Notes under the pieces: generated by a model
The model's database searches: none
What the model was told of the DNA's origin: nothing
What the model saw: only the letters and a program-made list of their open reading frames with translations
In this document: positions 30,133 through 41,334 of the stretch, piece after piece
Position numbering within the stretch: position 1 is the stretch's first letter
Layout: every line of letters begins with the position of its first letter
Assembly (NCBI GenBank): GCA_963714895.1
Contig: CAVQQC010000020.1
Span: forward strand, 21,985 to 85,984
Direction: 5' to 3'
Source: Candidatus Sulfomarinibacteraceae bacterium
GTDB lineage: Bacteria > Acidobacteriota > Thermoanaerobaculia > Thermoanaerobaculales > Sulfomarinibacteraceae
DNA: 64,000 nucleotides
Program-made: the position numbers and the translations under genes

Positions 30133-32026
30133 CACACCACCTCCGCTTGTCTTGAGCTCGTGTTTGGGGAAGGTCCGGATCGAGTCGGTGGGACAGACCT
30201 CGACGCAGGCCCCGCACGAGATACAGGCCTCGTGGTCGATCACGTGCATCTCCTTGATGACTCCGGTGATGGCGTCCACCGGACAGACCTTGAAGCACAG
30301 GTGGCAGCCGTCGCAGTCGTCCATGATCTCGAAGGCCGTGAGCTCGCGGCAGACCCCCGCCGGACAGGCGTGGTCTGCTGATGTGGGCCTCGTACTCCGA
30401 CCGGAAGTACCGCAGGGTCGAGAGCACCGGGTTGGGCGCCGACTTGCCGAGCTCGCACAGGCTGCCGAGCTGCATGCCCGAGGCCAGATCGCTCGATGAG
30501 CTCGATGTCGCCCGGCCGCCCCTTGCCGTCGATGATGCGGTCGTAGATGGCCACCATCTGTTTGAGGCCTTCGCGGCAGGGGGTGCACTTGCCGCAGCTC
30601 TCCTCCTCGAGGAAGGCGAGGAAGTAGCGCGACGACGTCGACCATGCAGGTGCGGTCGTCCATCACGATCATGCCGCCGGAGCCCATCATCGAACCCGCC
30701 TCGGTGAGCTTGTCGAAGTCCACCGGCAGGTCGAGCAGCTCCTCCGGGACGCAGCCGCCCGAGGGGCCGCCGGTCTGCACGGCCTTGAAGGGCCGGTCCT
30801 TGAGGATCCCGCCGCCGATGTCGTAGATGATGTGGCGCAGGGTGGTGCCCATGGGCAGCTCGATGAGGCCGGTGTTCTTGACCTTGCCGACCAGCGAGAA
30901 CGCCTTGGTCCCCTTGGATTTCTCGGTCCCCATGGAGGCGAACCAGTCGCCGCCGCGGTCGATGATGGCGCCGATCCCCGCCCAGGTCTCGACGTTGTTG
31001 AGCACCGTCGGCTGGTCGAAGAGGCCCTTGGCGGTGGAGTGGACGTACTTGGCCCGCGGCTCGCCGGTCTTGCCCTCGAGCGAACGCATCAGGGCCGAGG
31101 ACTCGCCGCAGACGAAGGCGCCGCCGCCGCGCGAGATCTCGATGTCGAAGTTGAATCCGGAGCCCAGGATGTCTGTCGCCGAGCAGACCGTACTTGCGGG
31201 CCTCGGCCAGCGCGATCGTGAGGTTGACCACCGCCAGCGGGTACTCGTCGCGGACGTAGATGTAGCCCTCGTGCGAACCGAGGGCATAGGCGCCGATGAT
31301 CATGCCTTCGAGCACCGAGTGCGGGTCGCCCTCCATGATCGAGCGGTCCTTGAAGGCACCCGGGTCGCCCTCGTCGCCGTTGCACAGGACGTATCGCCGG
31401 TCGCCCGACGCCGCCTTGCACGACCGCCACTTGCGGGCGGTCGAAAACCCCGCGCCGCCGCGGCCGCGCTGCCCGGAGGTCGCCACCTCGTCGATCACCT
31501 GATCGGGCGTCATCTCGAAAAGCGCCTTGGCCAGGCCTGAGTAGGCGCCCTCGGCGATGGCGTCGAGGATCGAGGTCGGGTCGATGCGGCCGATGTTGCG
31601 CATCGCCACCCGGACCTGGTTCTTGTAGAACGGGATCTCGGCGTACTGCTCGATGCGGTCGCCGCTCACCGGTTCCTTGTAGAGAAGGCCCGGGATGACC
31701 TCGCCGCCGATCAGCGTCTTTTCGACGATCTCCTCGACACGGCCAGGTTTGACCTTGGTGTAGAGAATGCCCGACGGCCGCAGGACCACCAGCGGCCCCC
31801 GTTCGCAGAAGCCGTGGCAGCCGGTCGACTTGACGAAGAGGTTGACCTCGGCATCCAGACTGCGTTTGGCGATCTCGCCGGCAAAGGCCTCGGCCACCTT
31901 CTTCGCGCCCGAAGCCAGACACCCGGTGCCGCAGCAGACCAGGACCTGCTGCGCGCGGTTGGCCTCGTTCTCGCGGGCCTGGGCGCGCAGCGTTTCAAAC
32001 GCCTTGCGGGACTCAATTCTCGTCAT
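30130..32026 (-). pseudogene. NuoF/HydB-like NAD(H)-binding FMN Fe-S subunit with N-terminal thioredoxin-like 2Fe-2S domain and C-terminal 2x[4Fe-4S], at least 4 frameshifts
   Basis: …VLVCCGTGCLASGA…CHGFCERGPLV…GRGGAGFSTARKW…YVLCNGDEGDPGAFKDR… (32026 frame). …GGGAFVCGESSALMRSLEG…TGGPSGGCVP… (29368 frame). …ESCGKCTPCREG… (third frame). …CDGCHLCFKVCP…CISCGACVEVCP. The exact 3' end is uncertain. Confidence 0.85.
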
Positions 32027-32498
32027 CGTCGCCTCCCGCCGCCAGGTAGGTCGCCATGCGGGCGGCCTTGGCGCTGCCGCGGTAGGTCTCGCCGACGATC
32101 ATCACCGGCGCCATGGCGCAGGCGCCCACGCAGTTGACGGTCTTGACCGTGAACTTGAGATCTTCGGTGGTCTCGCCGGGTTCGATCCCGAGCTGGCGCT
32201 TCAGCTCCTCGACGAGCTGGCCGGCGCCGCGGATGTGGCAGGCGGTCCCCATGCAGACCTTGACGATGGTGTCGCCCTGGGGTTCGAGCGAGAACGCCTT
32301 GTAGAAGGTCGACACGGAGAAGACCTTGGCCAGCGGCACTTCGAGCGCCTCGGCCACCCGCTCGAGCACGTCGCACGGCAGATAGTTGTAAGCGCGGTGA
32401 ACGTCCTGCAGGACCTGGATCAGGGCCGGCTCGGCGGCCGGATATCTGGCCAGGATGTCCTCGGTCATCGTGAGGTCGGAACAGGGAGTCTCAGCCAT
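32013..32498 (-). CDS. NuoE/HydC-like thioredoxin-fold 2Fe-2S subunit
   Basis: …IQVLQDVHRAYNYLP…VCMGTACHIRGA…VNCVGACAMAPVM… The ATG overlaps the OFOR gamma stop (ATGA). The 3' end overlaps the NuoF-like start by 14 nt. Confidence 0.85.
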   Translation of the reverse strand: MAETPCSDLTMTEDILARYPAAEPALIQVLQDVHRAYNYLPCDVLERVAEALEVPLAKVFSVSTFYKAFSLEPQGDTIVKVCMGTACHIRGAGQLVEELKRQLGIEPGETTEDLKFTVKTVNCVGACAMAPVMIVGETYRGSAKAARMATYLAAGGDDDEN

Positions 32499-33052
32499 CA
32501 GGCCTCCAGCACCTTGTGCGCCGCACCCAACTCGTAGCCCATCCGCAGCGCCTCGATGTTGACGTCGATCACCGCCGGCTTGGCGGCGAAGGTCTCGCGG
32601 ATCACGGCGATCACCTCATCGAGGGAGACCGCATCGGTGGCCCCGAGGTAGGCGCCGAGGGCCACCATGTTGGCGCCCCGCGGGTTGCCGAGCTCGGTTG
32701 CGATCTCGTTGGCCGGTACCTCGATGACCGTCAGGTCGTCACGGTCGCTGCCGCGGTTGATGAGCGACGAGTTGATCAGCAGAAGCCCTCCCGGACGGAT
32801 GTCCGGCTCGAACTTCTCGAGCGACGGCAGGTTCATGGCCAGCACCGCCCGTGGCGAGCGGATGACCGGCGAGCCCACCGGTTTGTCGGAGACCACCACC
32901 GTGCAGTTGCAGGTGCCGCCGCGCATCTCGGGGCCGTAGGACGGCAGCCACGAGACCTCTTTGCCCTCGTGCATGCCCGCATAGGCCAGCATCTTGCCGA
33001 TCAGCAGGATCCCCTGCCCCCCGAACCCGGCCATGATGACTTCACTCTGCAT
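32498..33052 (-). CDS. 2-oxoacid:ferredoxin oxidoreductase, gamma subunit
   Basis: MQSEVIMAGFGGQGILLIGKMLAYAGM…WLPSYGPEMRGGTCNC… is the typical POR/KOR gamma N-terminus. 184 aa. Confidence 0.9.
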   Translation of the reverse strand: MQSEVIMAGFGGQGILLIGKMLAYAGMHEGKEVSWLPSYGPEMRGGTCNCTVVVSDKPVGSPVIRSPRAVLAMNLPSLEKFEPDIRPGGLLLINSSLINRGSDRDDLTVIEVPANEIATELGNPRGANMVALGAYLGATDAVSLDEVIAVIRETFAAKPAVIDVNIEALRMGYELGAAHKVLEA

Positions 33053-33063
33053 GCCCCCTCCAC

Positions 33064-33829
<766 letters not shown>

Positions 33830-33837
<8 letters not shown>

Positions 33838-34918
33838 GGTGCACCTCCACCGAGCTGCCGTCGAGAATGGCCTTGACCTTGGCCACCACCTCGTCCGGCG
33901 ACACCAGCATCCCGCCCATCCGGTTGTAAAAGTGGACCGGCCGGGTGCGTGCCAGGGCGAGCTGGACGTCCTCGATCATCTGGCCCGTGGACAGCTCCAC
34001 CACCAGCACTGCTTTCGCCTTCTCGGCGGTCTCACGGACCGCTGCGTAGGGGAAGGGAAACAGGGTGATCGGGCGGACGAGGGCCGCCTTGATGCCTTCC
34101 TGCCGGAGCTCTTCGATGGCGGTGGAGCACACCCGCGCCACCGTCCCGTAGGCCACGATCACGACCTCGTAGTCGTCGTCGGCGCCCTTGGTGGCGTAGC
34201 GGACCTCGTCCGCTTCCATCAGGTCGTACTTGGCCTTGAGCTTGATGTTGTGCCGCTCGAGCTCCCCGGGATCGAGAAAGAGCGAGTTGATGACGTTGGT
34301 GGGCCGGCTGCCGTCGCACCCGGTGGCCGCCCAGGTCTTGGGCTCGAGCTCTTTGATCGGCTGCCGGCCTTCGGGAAACTCCACCGGTTCCATCATCTGC
34401 CCGATCAGCCCGTCGCCGAGCACCATCACCGGGTTGCGGTAGTAGTCGGCGAGGTCGAAGGCGTCCTGGACGAGGTCCGCCGCCTCCTGGACCGACCACG
34501 GCGCCAGAACCAGCACTCTGAAGTCACCGTGGCCGAGGCCCTTGGTGGCCTGGAAGTAGTCGCCCTGACTGGGGAGAATGCCGCCGAGACCCGGTCCCGC
34601 GCGGACGATGTTGACGATCACCACCGGCAGCTCCGCACCGGCGATGTAGGAGATGGCCTCCGCCATCAATGACACACCGGGCGACGACGACGAGGTCATG
34701 ACCCGCTCGCCGGTGCCGGCGGCGCCGTAGATCATGTTCGAGGCCGCCACCTCCGACTCCGCCTGGACGAACGCGCCGCCGATCTGCGGCAGCCGCATCG
34801 ACATGTACTCGGGGATCTCGTTCTGCGGGGTGATCGGGTAGCCGAAGAAGAGCTTGCACCCGGCCTGTACCGCCGCCTCGCCGATGGCCTCCGAGCCTTT
34901 CATGAGTTTCTTGGCCAT
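33830..34918 (-). CDS. 2-oxoacid:ferredoxin oxidoreductase, alpha subunit
   Basis: MAKKLMKGSEAIGEAAVQAGCKLFFGYPITPQNEIPEYM…AESEVAASNMIYGAAGTG… 362 aa. Confidence 0.9.
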
Positions 34919-34927
34919 GGCAACCCC

Positions 34928-35161
34928 TCAGTAGGAAAAGTAGTGGTACATGGTCCCGTTGACCTTCATCTCGATGGCCATGTCGGGACAGGTGATACAG
35001 CACAGACGACAGCCGATACAGCGCATCTGCTCCACCACCTCGGCGTAGAAGTAGCCCTTGGTGTTGATGTCCCGGCCCATGCCGAGAATCTGCTGGGGGC
35101 ACGCGTGAACGCAGAGCTCGCACCCCTTGCAGCGGTTGGGGCTGATCACGATCTGCGGCAT
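34928..35161 (-). CDS. 2-oxoacid:ferredoxin oxidoreductase, delta subunit (2x[4Fe-4S] ferredoxin)
   Basis: MPQIVISPNRCKGCELCVHACP…CIGCRLCCITCP. 77 aa from ATG 35161. Confidence 0.85.
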   Translation of the reverse strand: MPQIVISPNRCKGCELCVHACPQQILGMGRDINTKGYFYAEVVEQMRCIGCRLCCITCPDMAIEMKVNGTMYHYFSY

Positions 35162-35174
35162 GAACGCTCCTTTC

Positions 35175-35891
35175 TCAGCTGATGACGAAGAGCGGCCCGG
35201 TGGTGCGCCGCTCCAGAGTCTGTGCAAACGGCGGCCGGACGATTCGCCGCATGGCGATCACCGGACACTCGAGGTCTTCGTCGGACATCTCTCCGGCCAG
35301 GTCGGAGGCGACGGTGATCGCCGCCAGCGGCACTCCCGCCAGGCGGGCGGTCTCGAGGGCCAGTGTATAGCCCTCCATCACCACCTCGACGGTGGTCTCG
35401 TCCATCAGGTGGGTGTTGGAGATGAGGCCGGTCACCGGCACGCGGCCCACCGCCTCGATCTCCCGTACCATCGCCAGAGCGCGCTCCGCATCCGGGGTCG
35501 AGGGCCGCCGGAAGTTGAGAACCAGAAGGCACTCGGTCTCATCGAGCGGCACCACGTCGGAAAGCGACCCCAGGACTCTGGCTCCGACATCGTCGCCGCC
35601 GACATCCAGGATCAGGTGTCTGCGGTCATGGCGAAGTTGGCTGCGGATCTGGGGAACGATGATCGGCAGGTCGGAGTGGACGTTGGCGCCGGTGGGTGCG
35701 AGGAGTTCGATTCCGGCATCGGCGAGAATCTCCCTCGCCGCCCGCGAGCGGAAGTAGGGTTTGACGACGTCGAGATCGGCGAGGGTGACGGGGACACCCG
35801 AAGCGGCCAACTGGAGCGCCCCGTTGAGGGCGATCTCGGTCTTGCCGCTGCCGAAGTGGCCGACGAAAACTGTCACCCGCTTGCGAAACAA
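35175..35891 (-). CDS. P-loop NTPase (SIMIBI/MinD-ParA-like), first gene of the OFOR operon
   Basis: …VTVFVGHFGSGKTEIAL… (Walker A), …LILDVGGDD… (Walker B-like). The start is placed at TTG 35891, behind AGGAGTGAGGG. The ORF is open to 35963. Confidence 0.6.
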   Translation of the reverse strand: MFRKRVTVFVGHFGSGKTEIALNGALQLAASGVPVTLADLDVVKPYFRSRAAREILADAGIELLAPTGANVHSDLPIIVPQIRSQLRHDRRHLILDVGGDDVGARVLGSLSDVVPLDETECLLVLNFRRPSTPDAERALAMVREIEAVGRVPVTGLISNTHLMDETTVEVVMEGYTLALETARLAGVPLAAITVASDLAGEMSDEDLECPVIAMRRIVRPPFAQTLERRTTGPLFVIS

Positions 35892-36072
35892 ACCCTCACT
35901 CCTTGTCGTTGGACTCCGGCGAACCGGGCAATCAGGATACCCCACCCCGCACCCGTCCCTCAAGATATGTGAAAAATTTCACGAACTCAAGTTGCTTATT
36001 GAGACGCAGTTACATGTCAGCACCACCCACCGATGTTACGATGGGCAGGAAGAAAAGGCCCGGACCACGGGC

Positions 36073-37677
36073 GTGCCGTACACGGGGAATCACAACATCA
36101 TCAAGATCTTGTATCGGGCCGTCGCCCTGGCATTGGGCTTTCTGTTCGCGATCGGCGGTCTCGAAATCGGTCTCCGCGTGGCATCCGTCCTCCTTCAGCC
36201 ACCCCCGCCGCCTGCTCTGGAGACCGGTCACGACAACGAGATCCGAATCCTCTGTATCGGCGAGTCGACGACGGCTGGGCTCTGGCCGGGTCTGCTCGAG
36301 GCCAGCCTCAACCGACAACACCCGAAAAAGGCATTCCGCGTCATCAACCGAGGCGTGGTCGGCATTCACACGGGCGAAATCCTCGACGTTCTCCCGCAGT
36401 GGCTCGACGAGAGCCGACCCCGGATCGCGATCACGATGCTCGGGATCAACGACGAGGGCAATGTCCTTGTCTACCCGCAAACCGGCAGACTCTCGCCCCT
36501 CGTCGAACACTCCAGGGCGGTGAAGCTGATGGCCCTGCTGTGGCGAAGCGCCTGGGGGATCGGTGCCCCGCCCCACGAATCGCCGGTCACTGCCGCTCCC
36601 CGACTCGAAGCACAGTGGGACGAGAGGACGAGAAAGGCCATAGAACGAGTGTTCAACACGAGGGGTGAGGCGATCGATGGGTTTCGTATCTCTCGTCTCT
36701 TGGAGACCCAACCCGCCTTGCTCGAGATCGATCCCGCGACCCCGGTCTACCACGTCGGATTCATGGTCGATGCGCTGGTCAGACCCGAACCGCCGGAGCG
36801 GATGACGGAGTTCTTCAGCCGGGAGCTCGGCCTCCCCGAAAGTGCCGACATGACGCCTGGCGAACGCTACGAAGCCATTCGGGCGTGGGGGTGCGGGCAC
36901 GGCAACGCCTTCGACACGCTGCGGATGCTCACCTCGCAGCAACGCCTCGAGGGTGACGCCGCGGCTGAAGAACGGACCCTCCTCGAAGCCGTGAAGGACC
37001 CCGAGCTTTCGGGAACGGCAGGGGTTCGCTACGCAGCGTTCCTCAATTACGCCAACCGCCCGGCAGGGGGGAGAGTGATGCTGCGCGCGGCACGTCAGGA
37101 ATTGCCCGCCGATTATGCCTGGTCGCTCGCCCTGGCGGAAATCAGTTTCCGGTTCGGCGCCTCAGAGGACGCCCGGTTCCTTCTCGCCAGGGCCCTCGAG
37201 TCGAGACCGAACCTCCCGATACGTCACGAAGAAGTGCTTGTCGGATGGCTTGCCCGGGCGACCGCAGCCGCCGGTCACGAGAGCGAAGCGCGCGAACTGA
37301 AGACGCGCCTGGACCGGATGCACCTCGGGTTCTTCAAGGAGTACACACGCTACAACTACTCCCGGATCGTCGATCTCCTGCGCGAGCGGGACATCGCCGT
37401 CATTGCCATGCAATACCCGACACTCTCGATCGAAGCGCTGCAGAAGATCTTGGAAGGGCGAAACGACGTTTTGTACCTCGAGAACGTCGAGAATTTCGAG
37501 CGGGTGCTGCACGAGAACTCGTACAACACGGTGTTCTCCGATTCGTTTGCCGGCTCGTTCGGTCACTTCACCGACGCCGGCAACGAGCTTGTCGCCGCCA
37601 ATGTCGCGACGGCCGTCAACCAGCTTCTCGGACTCCCCGCTACCGGGAAGCCGGGCCAGTCAGATCAGCTTCAGTGA
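36073..37677 (+). CDS. SGNH/GDSL-like hydrolase with a large helical (TPR-like) insertion
   Basis: N-terminal TM helix. Block I-like ILCIGESTT, …MLGINDEG…, and a C-terminal …FGHFTDAGNELVA (block V DxxH-like) are separated by about 300 aa of helical repeats. The start is uncertain: GTG 36073, or ATG 36041 in another frame. Confidence 0.5.
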   Translation: MPYTGNHNIIKILYRAVALALGFLFAIGGLEIGLRVASVLLQPPPPPALETGHDNEIRILCIGESTTAGLWPGLLEASLNRQHPKKAFRVINRGVVGIHTGEILDVLPQWLDESRPRIAITMLGINDEGNVLVYPQTGRLSPLVEHSRAVKLMALLWRSAWGIGAPPHESPVTAAPRLEAQWDERTRKAIERVFNTRGEAIDGFRISRLLETQPALLEIDPATPVYHVGFMVDALVRPEPPERMTEFFSRELGLPESADMTPGERYEAIRAWGCGHGNAFDTLRMLTSQQRLEGDAAAEERTLLEAVKDPELSGTAGVRYAAFLNYANRPAGGRVMLRAARQELPADYAWSLALAEISFRFGASEDARFLLARALESRPNLPIRHEEVLVGWLARATAAAGHESEARELKTRLDRMHLGFFKEYTRYNYSRIVDLLRERDIAVIAMQYPTLSIEALQKILEGRNDVLYLENVENFERVLHENSYNTVFSDSFAGSFGHFTDAGNELVAANVATAVNQLLGLPATGKPGQSDQLQ

Positions 37678-38549
37678 CTCTGATCGGGTTCCGCCGCCAG
37701 TCGGATTCTGCGCGCAGCGCACTCGGCGAATCCGTTGCAGCCGCGGCACACCGGGTCGGCGACGAAACCGAACTCGGTCGGCGCGCACACCGTGATGGTG
37801 GGGTCCCTGGCAGCGTCGAGTTCGGTGAGCAACGGTTCGTCCTCCGGCGCCACCACCCCGCCCTCGCGACTTCGCGCCTCAGCGCCCCGCACCAGCGGGT
37901 CCCACGCCCGGTTGCGGTCCTCCGCCTGCGCGTTTTCGGCGCGGATGGCGATATCGGCTTTGCGTTTGGAAAATTCGAAGGCGATTTTGCGGCGGGTCGG
38001 GAGCCGCCGCGTGGCGAGAAAGAAGAGATAACCCGCCGACGTCCCCGCAATGTTGGCGAGACCGGCGACCACTCCCATGGACAGACTCGACCAGACCAGG
38101 ATCGCCGCGGCGACGATGGCCAGGTACTTGACCTTGACCGGGATGATGAAGAAGAGCCGGAACTCGACCTCCGGGTAGAGGGTTGCAAAGGTGAAGAGGA
38201 GGCACGAGCTGAAGCCGAGGTCGCCGAAGAGCGGCCGACCGATCAGCGCGGCGGTGACCGACGCGCCGAAGGTGGCCACCATCCAGAAGACGAGAAAACG
38301 CGGCGAGCCCCAGCTTTCCTCGAGCGGCTTCGCCATGATCCACAGCACCAGCATCGAGATGAAAAACCAGAACATGCTGGAACCATGGATGAACTGGTAG
38401 GTCACCAGGGTCCACGGACGCGCACTCACGAGCCCGGGGAAAAGGGCCAGCGCTTGCTGGCTGCCCTCCATCGTGGTGCTGAGGATGAAGACCGCGAAGT
38501 GGGCGAAGATCAAACCCTCGGTCAGATGCCATTGTTCTCGCTGGATCAT
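37671..38549 (-). CDS. Rhomboid-family intramembrane protein with Cys-rich C-terminal tail
   Basis: Multi-TM protein with …PWTLVTYQFIHGS…WGSPRFLVFW…GASVTAALIG… The tail is …CAPTEFGFVADPVCRGCNGFAECAARR. It overlaps the mutL stop by 4 nt. Confidence 0.6.
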   Translation of the reverse strand: MIQREQWHLTEGLIFAHFAVFILSTTMEGSQQALALFPGLVSARPWTLVTYQFIHGSSMFWFFISMLVLWIMAKPLEESWGSPRFLVFWMVATFGASVTAALIGRPLFGDLGFSSCLLFTFATLYPEVEFRLFFIIPVKVKYLAIVAAAILVWSSLSMGVVAGLANIAGTSAGYLFFLATRRLPTRRKIAFEFSKRKADIAIRAENAQAEDRNRAWDPLVRGAEARSREGGVVAPEDEPLLTELDAARDPTITVCAPTEFGFVADPVCRGCNGFAECAARRIRLAAEPDQSH

Positions 38550-40373
38550 CGTCTCCCGAGCCTCCGTTCCATCTCCTCCTGGCTCAGGCGGAGGATGATG
38601 GGTCGTCCGTGCGGACAGCGATAGGGGTTGTCCGTCGCCAGCAGATCGTCGAGGAGGGCGCGTTGCTCGTCGACCGTCAGACGGTGATTGACCTTGATCG
38701 CGCCGCGGCAGGACAGCGAAGCCGCCAGTTCTTCTTCAAGCTCCCGGGAGGTATTCTCGGGAACGCCGTCGAGGGCGGTGGCGCGGTCGAGGACGCCTCC
38801 GACGACCTCTCGGACCGCCTGCTCATCGAACTCCGGCGGGACCGAGAGGATGCGGATGGTCTCCGGCCCGAAGAGCTCGGCCTCGATGCCGACCTTGCGC
38901 AGGATATTTTCGACAGCGGGCAGGGCCGCAGCGTGCGCCTCATCGACTTCGAGCAGGCACGGCGACAAAAGACCCTGAGAGGGCGCTTCGCCTCCTGCCA
39001 ACCGCCGGCGGATCTGATCGAAGAGGACGCGTTCATGGGCCACGTGCTGATCCACGATCACCAGACCATGGTCGTCTTCCAGCAGCAGAAACGAGTTCCG
39101 GTACTGGCCGAGGAGACGGCCGAACGGCGTGTCGGCAGCTCCGGCCCTCGCACCCGATCGCACCCGCGGGTGGTCTTTGTCCGGGCGCCAGACCGTCGCC
39201 CTCCCCGTCGCCATCGGCAGGCCCCTCGATCGACACCTCGCCGTAGGCGGGGTGATCGAACAGGGCCCCACCACCACCCGCCGCGGCATGCCGGCCACGG
39301 AGCATTTCCCCATATCCCCCCGTTTGCGGTTCGGCCATCCCGCGAGGCGGCGCACCGTCCTCCAACGCCCGCACCTCGACACGGCCCTGGGAGGCGGCGA
39401 CACCCTCGCGCATCGCGCGTTCGATGAGGGCAAAGACCGAGCCAGACCGCGAGAACCGCACCTCCGCCTTGGCCGGGTGGACGTTGACATCCACCTCCTC
39501 GGGCGGCAGCCTCAGATCGACCACCACCCTGGCGCCGCCGAAGCCGCTTCCCGCCGACCGCAAGACCCGCAGCACCGCGCCGACGACGAGGCGATCGCGG
39601 ACCGCCCTCCCGTTGACCAGCAAGGTGAGGGAAGGCCGGCCGCTGCCGCCCCCCGGCGCCAACAGCCCCCGCACCTCGGCCTCGCCGGCGGTCGCGCCGA
39701 AAACAACAACCCGGTTTGCGTTGCGCCACAGGTCCTTGAGCCGCTGCGACGCATCGGCCACCGCCGGTGCGTCGATCAGCACCCGCGAGCCGTGGCGCAG
39801 GACAAAGGCCACTTCGGGGCGGGCCAGCGCCGCGCCCCACAGAATCTCCTGAGCGTGTCGCAGTTCGGTCTCGGGGGAGCGCAGGAACTTTCTCCGCGCG
39901 GGGGTGTTGAAGAAGAGGTCGCCGACCTCGACCGTGGTACCGCGGGCCCTCGCAGCGCCGTCGGCGGCGAGGATCCGCCCTCCTTCGACCGTCACCCGAA
40001 CCCCACCCTGGGCGGGATCGGCGGAGGTCACGAGGACGAACCGGGAGACCGCCGCGATCGACGGCAGTGCCTCGCCGCGAAAACCGAGGGTCGCGATGTG
40101 GTCGAGCTCCTCGGCCGAGCTGATCTTCGAGGTCGCATGCCGTTCGAGGGCGAGGACGGCGTCGTCCGCATCCATACCGCAACCGTCGTCCGAAACGCGC
40201 ACGCTGCTGCGGCCGCCGTTGACCAGGTCGACCTCGATCCTGGTGGCCTCGGCATCGAGGCTGTTCTCGACCAACTCCTTCACTACGGACGCAGGCCGCT
40301 CCACCACCTCACCGGCGGCGATGCGGTTGATCAGACCATCGGACAGCACGTGAATGCGGGACACGAGGGACAT
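38546..40373 (-). pseudogene. mutL: DNA mismatch repair protein MutL, one frameshift in the linker
   Basis: N-terminal GHKL ATPase domain: MSLVSRIHVLSDGLINRIAAGEVVERPASVVKELVENSLDA…DDGCGM…LGFRGEAL. The C-terminal dimerisation domain (…FGRLLGQYRNSFLLLEDDHGLVIVDQHVAHERVLF…PHGRP…) is in the 38546 frame. The shift lies near 39100-39200. Confidence 0.9.
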
Positions 40374-40454
40374 GATACCGGTACCGGTTGTCGGAGAGCC
40401 ACCGACCCCTGCAAATGAACGCAAAGGCGCGAAGCCGCTCACCTATTCTGATGG

Positions 40455-40979
40455 TCCACAGATCACCCAGATGACCCAGATATCGGACCGAACGCAGAGA
40501 CGCAGAGGCGCAGAGGGATCCTTCCTGCGGATTGTCCGGCGAGGTCCCGGCCGCACAGGGCGGCCGGAGACCGTCGGGCCGAGACATCGCTCCGAACGCG
40601 GACGTTCGTCACGATGTCTCGACCCGATGGCCTCGCCTCTCACGTGCTCAGAAATGTCGGTGGAATCCGAGCGCCCACGCTCGAGCAGGCACGACAACGG
40701 CGGATCCGACGCGCCCCTGGCGCGTCGGCCGGGGAAGCGTCCGTCCGTGAGGGATGCTTGCATCCATCGCGGACGGGCACTTTCCCGGGAGCCGGCGATC
40801 CCGAGATCGCCGGCCATCCGCCGGGCCACTCCAGGCAATCATGCTCACGCCGGCACCGCGCCTTTGCGTCTTTGCGTCTTTGCGTTGATTTTCCGTGCCT
40901 GGGCTTTGTGACGACTTCGTGTCTTGGTGTCTTCGTGGTTGCGACGAAACCCGGCTCCGTGTCCTCTGTGCCTCTGTGG
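40455..40979. repeat. Composite structured intergenic region: short tandem arrays flanking a ~350-bp core of consecutive GC hairpins
   Basis: Left side: (CCCAGAT-like)x3 at 40455-40483 and (ACGCAGAG)x3 at 40489-40514. Right side: (CTTTGCGT)x3 at 40862-40887 (roughly the inverse of the left array), (GTGTCTT)x3 at 40914-40938 and (CCTCTGTG)x2.5 at 40957-40979. Core hairpins include gagacatcg…cgatgtctc, ccgacgcgcc-cctg-gcgcgtcgg and ccggcgatc-ccga-gatcgccgg. Confidence 0.8.
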
Positions 40980-41017
40980 TTTGCCCGGTGCGATGGTGTC
41001 TGGCGGGCCCGGCCGCG

Positions 41018-41332
41018 TCACTTGACGTTGTTGAATATCGAGAGGTCCGGTTTGGAGTCCGGGGTCACGACGCGGTTGGTGTCGGCAAGGTCTTCGCGGA
41101 TCAGGAGATCGATCAAATGGTCGCGGACGCCGGCCTTGCCGCCCCTCTTGTACAGCCGCATGACCGTCGCCGGCTTGAGGTGGATCCCGGTCATGTGCTT
41201 GAGGTACTGGCAGAAGACCTTGGAGCGCGACATGAAGGAGGCGACGAGGATGAAGAGCAAGAGGGCGATCGCCGCAACCGCACCCAGTTGATAGAGCGCC
41301 GCGGGTCCGAGGTCGAGGAAATCCAAATCCAT
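41018..41332 (-). CDS. Small membrane protein, hypothetical
   Basis: MDLDFLDLGPAALYQLGAVAAIALLLFILVASF… has a single TM helix. It lies directly downstream of ftsK. A GTG at 41338 would overlap the ftsK stop. Confidence 0.45.
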   Translation of the reverse strand: MDLDFLDLGPAALYQLGAVAAIALLLFILVASFMSRSKVFCQYLKHMTGIHLKPATVMRLYKRGGKAGVRDHLIDLLIREDLADTNRVVTPDSKPDLSIFNNVK

Positions 41333-41334
41333 GG

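Noticed and set aside
28898-32026. 1042-aa ORF that looks like a single giant Fe-S protein
   Set aside because: Only its N-terminal ~280 aa (NuoF-like) and C-terminal 156 aa (polyferredoxin) are meaningful. The middle is Arg/Pro-rich out-of-frame read-through across the NuoF-like and NuoG-like genes, which are properly read in the 29368-31287 frame and a third frame.
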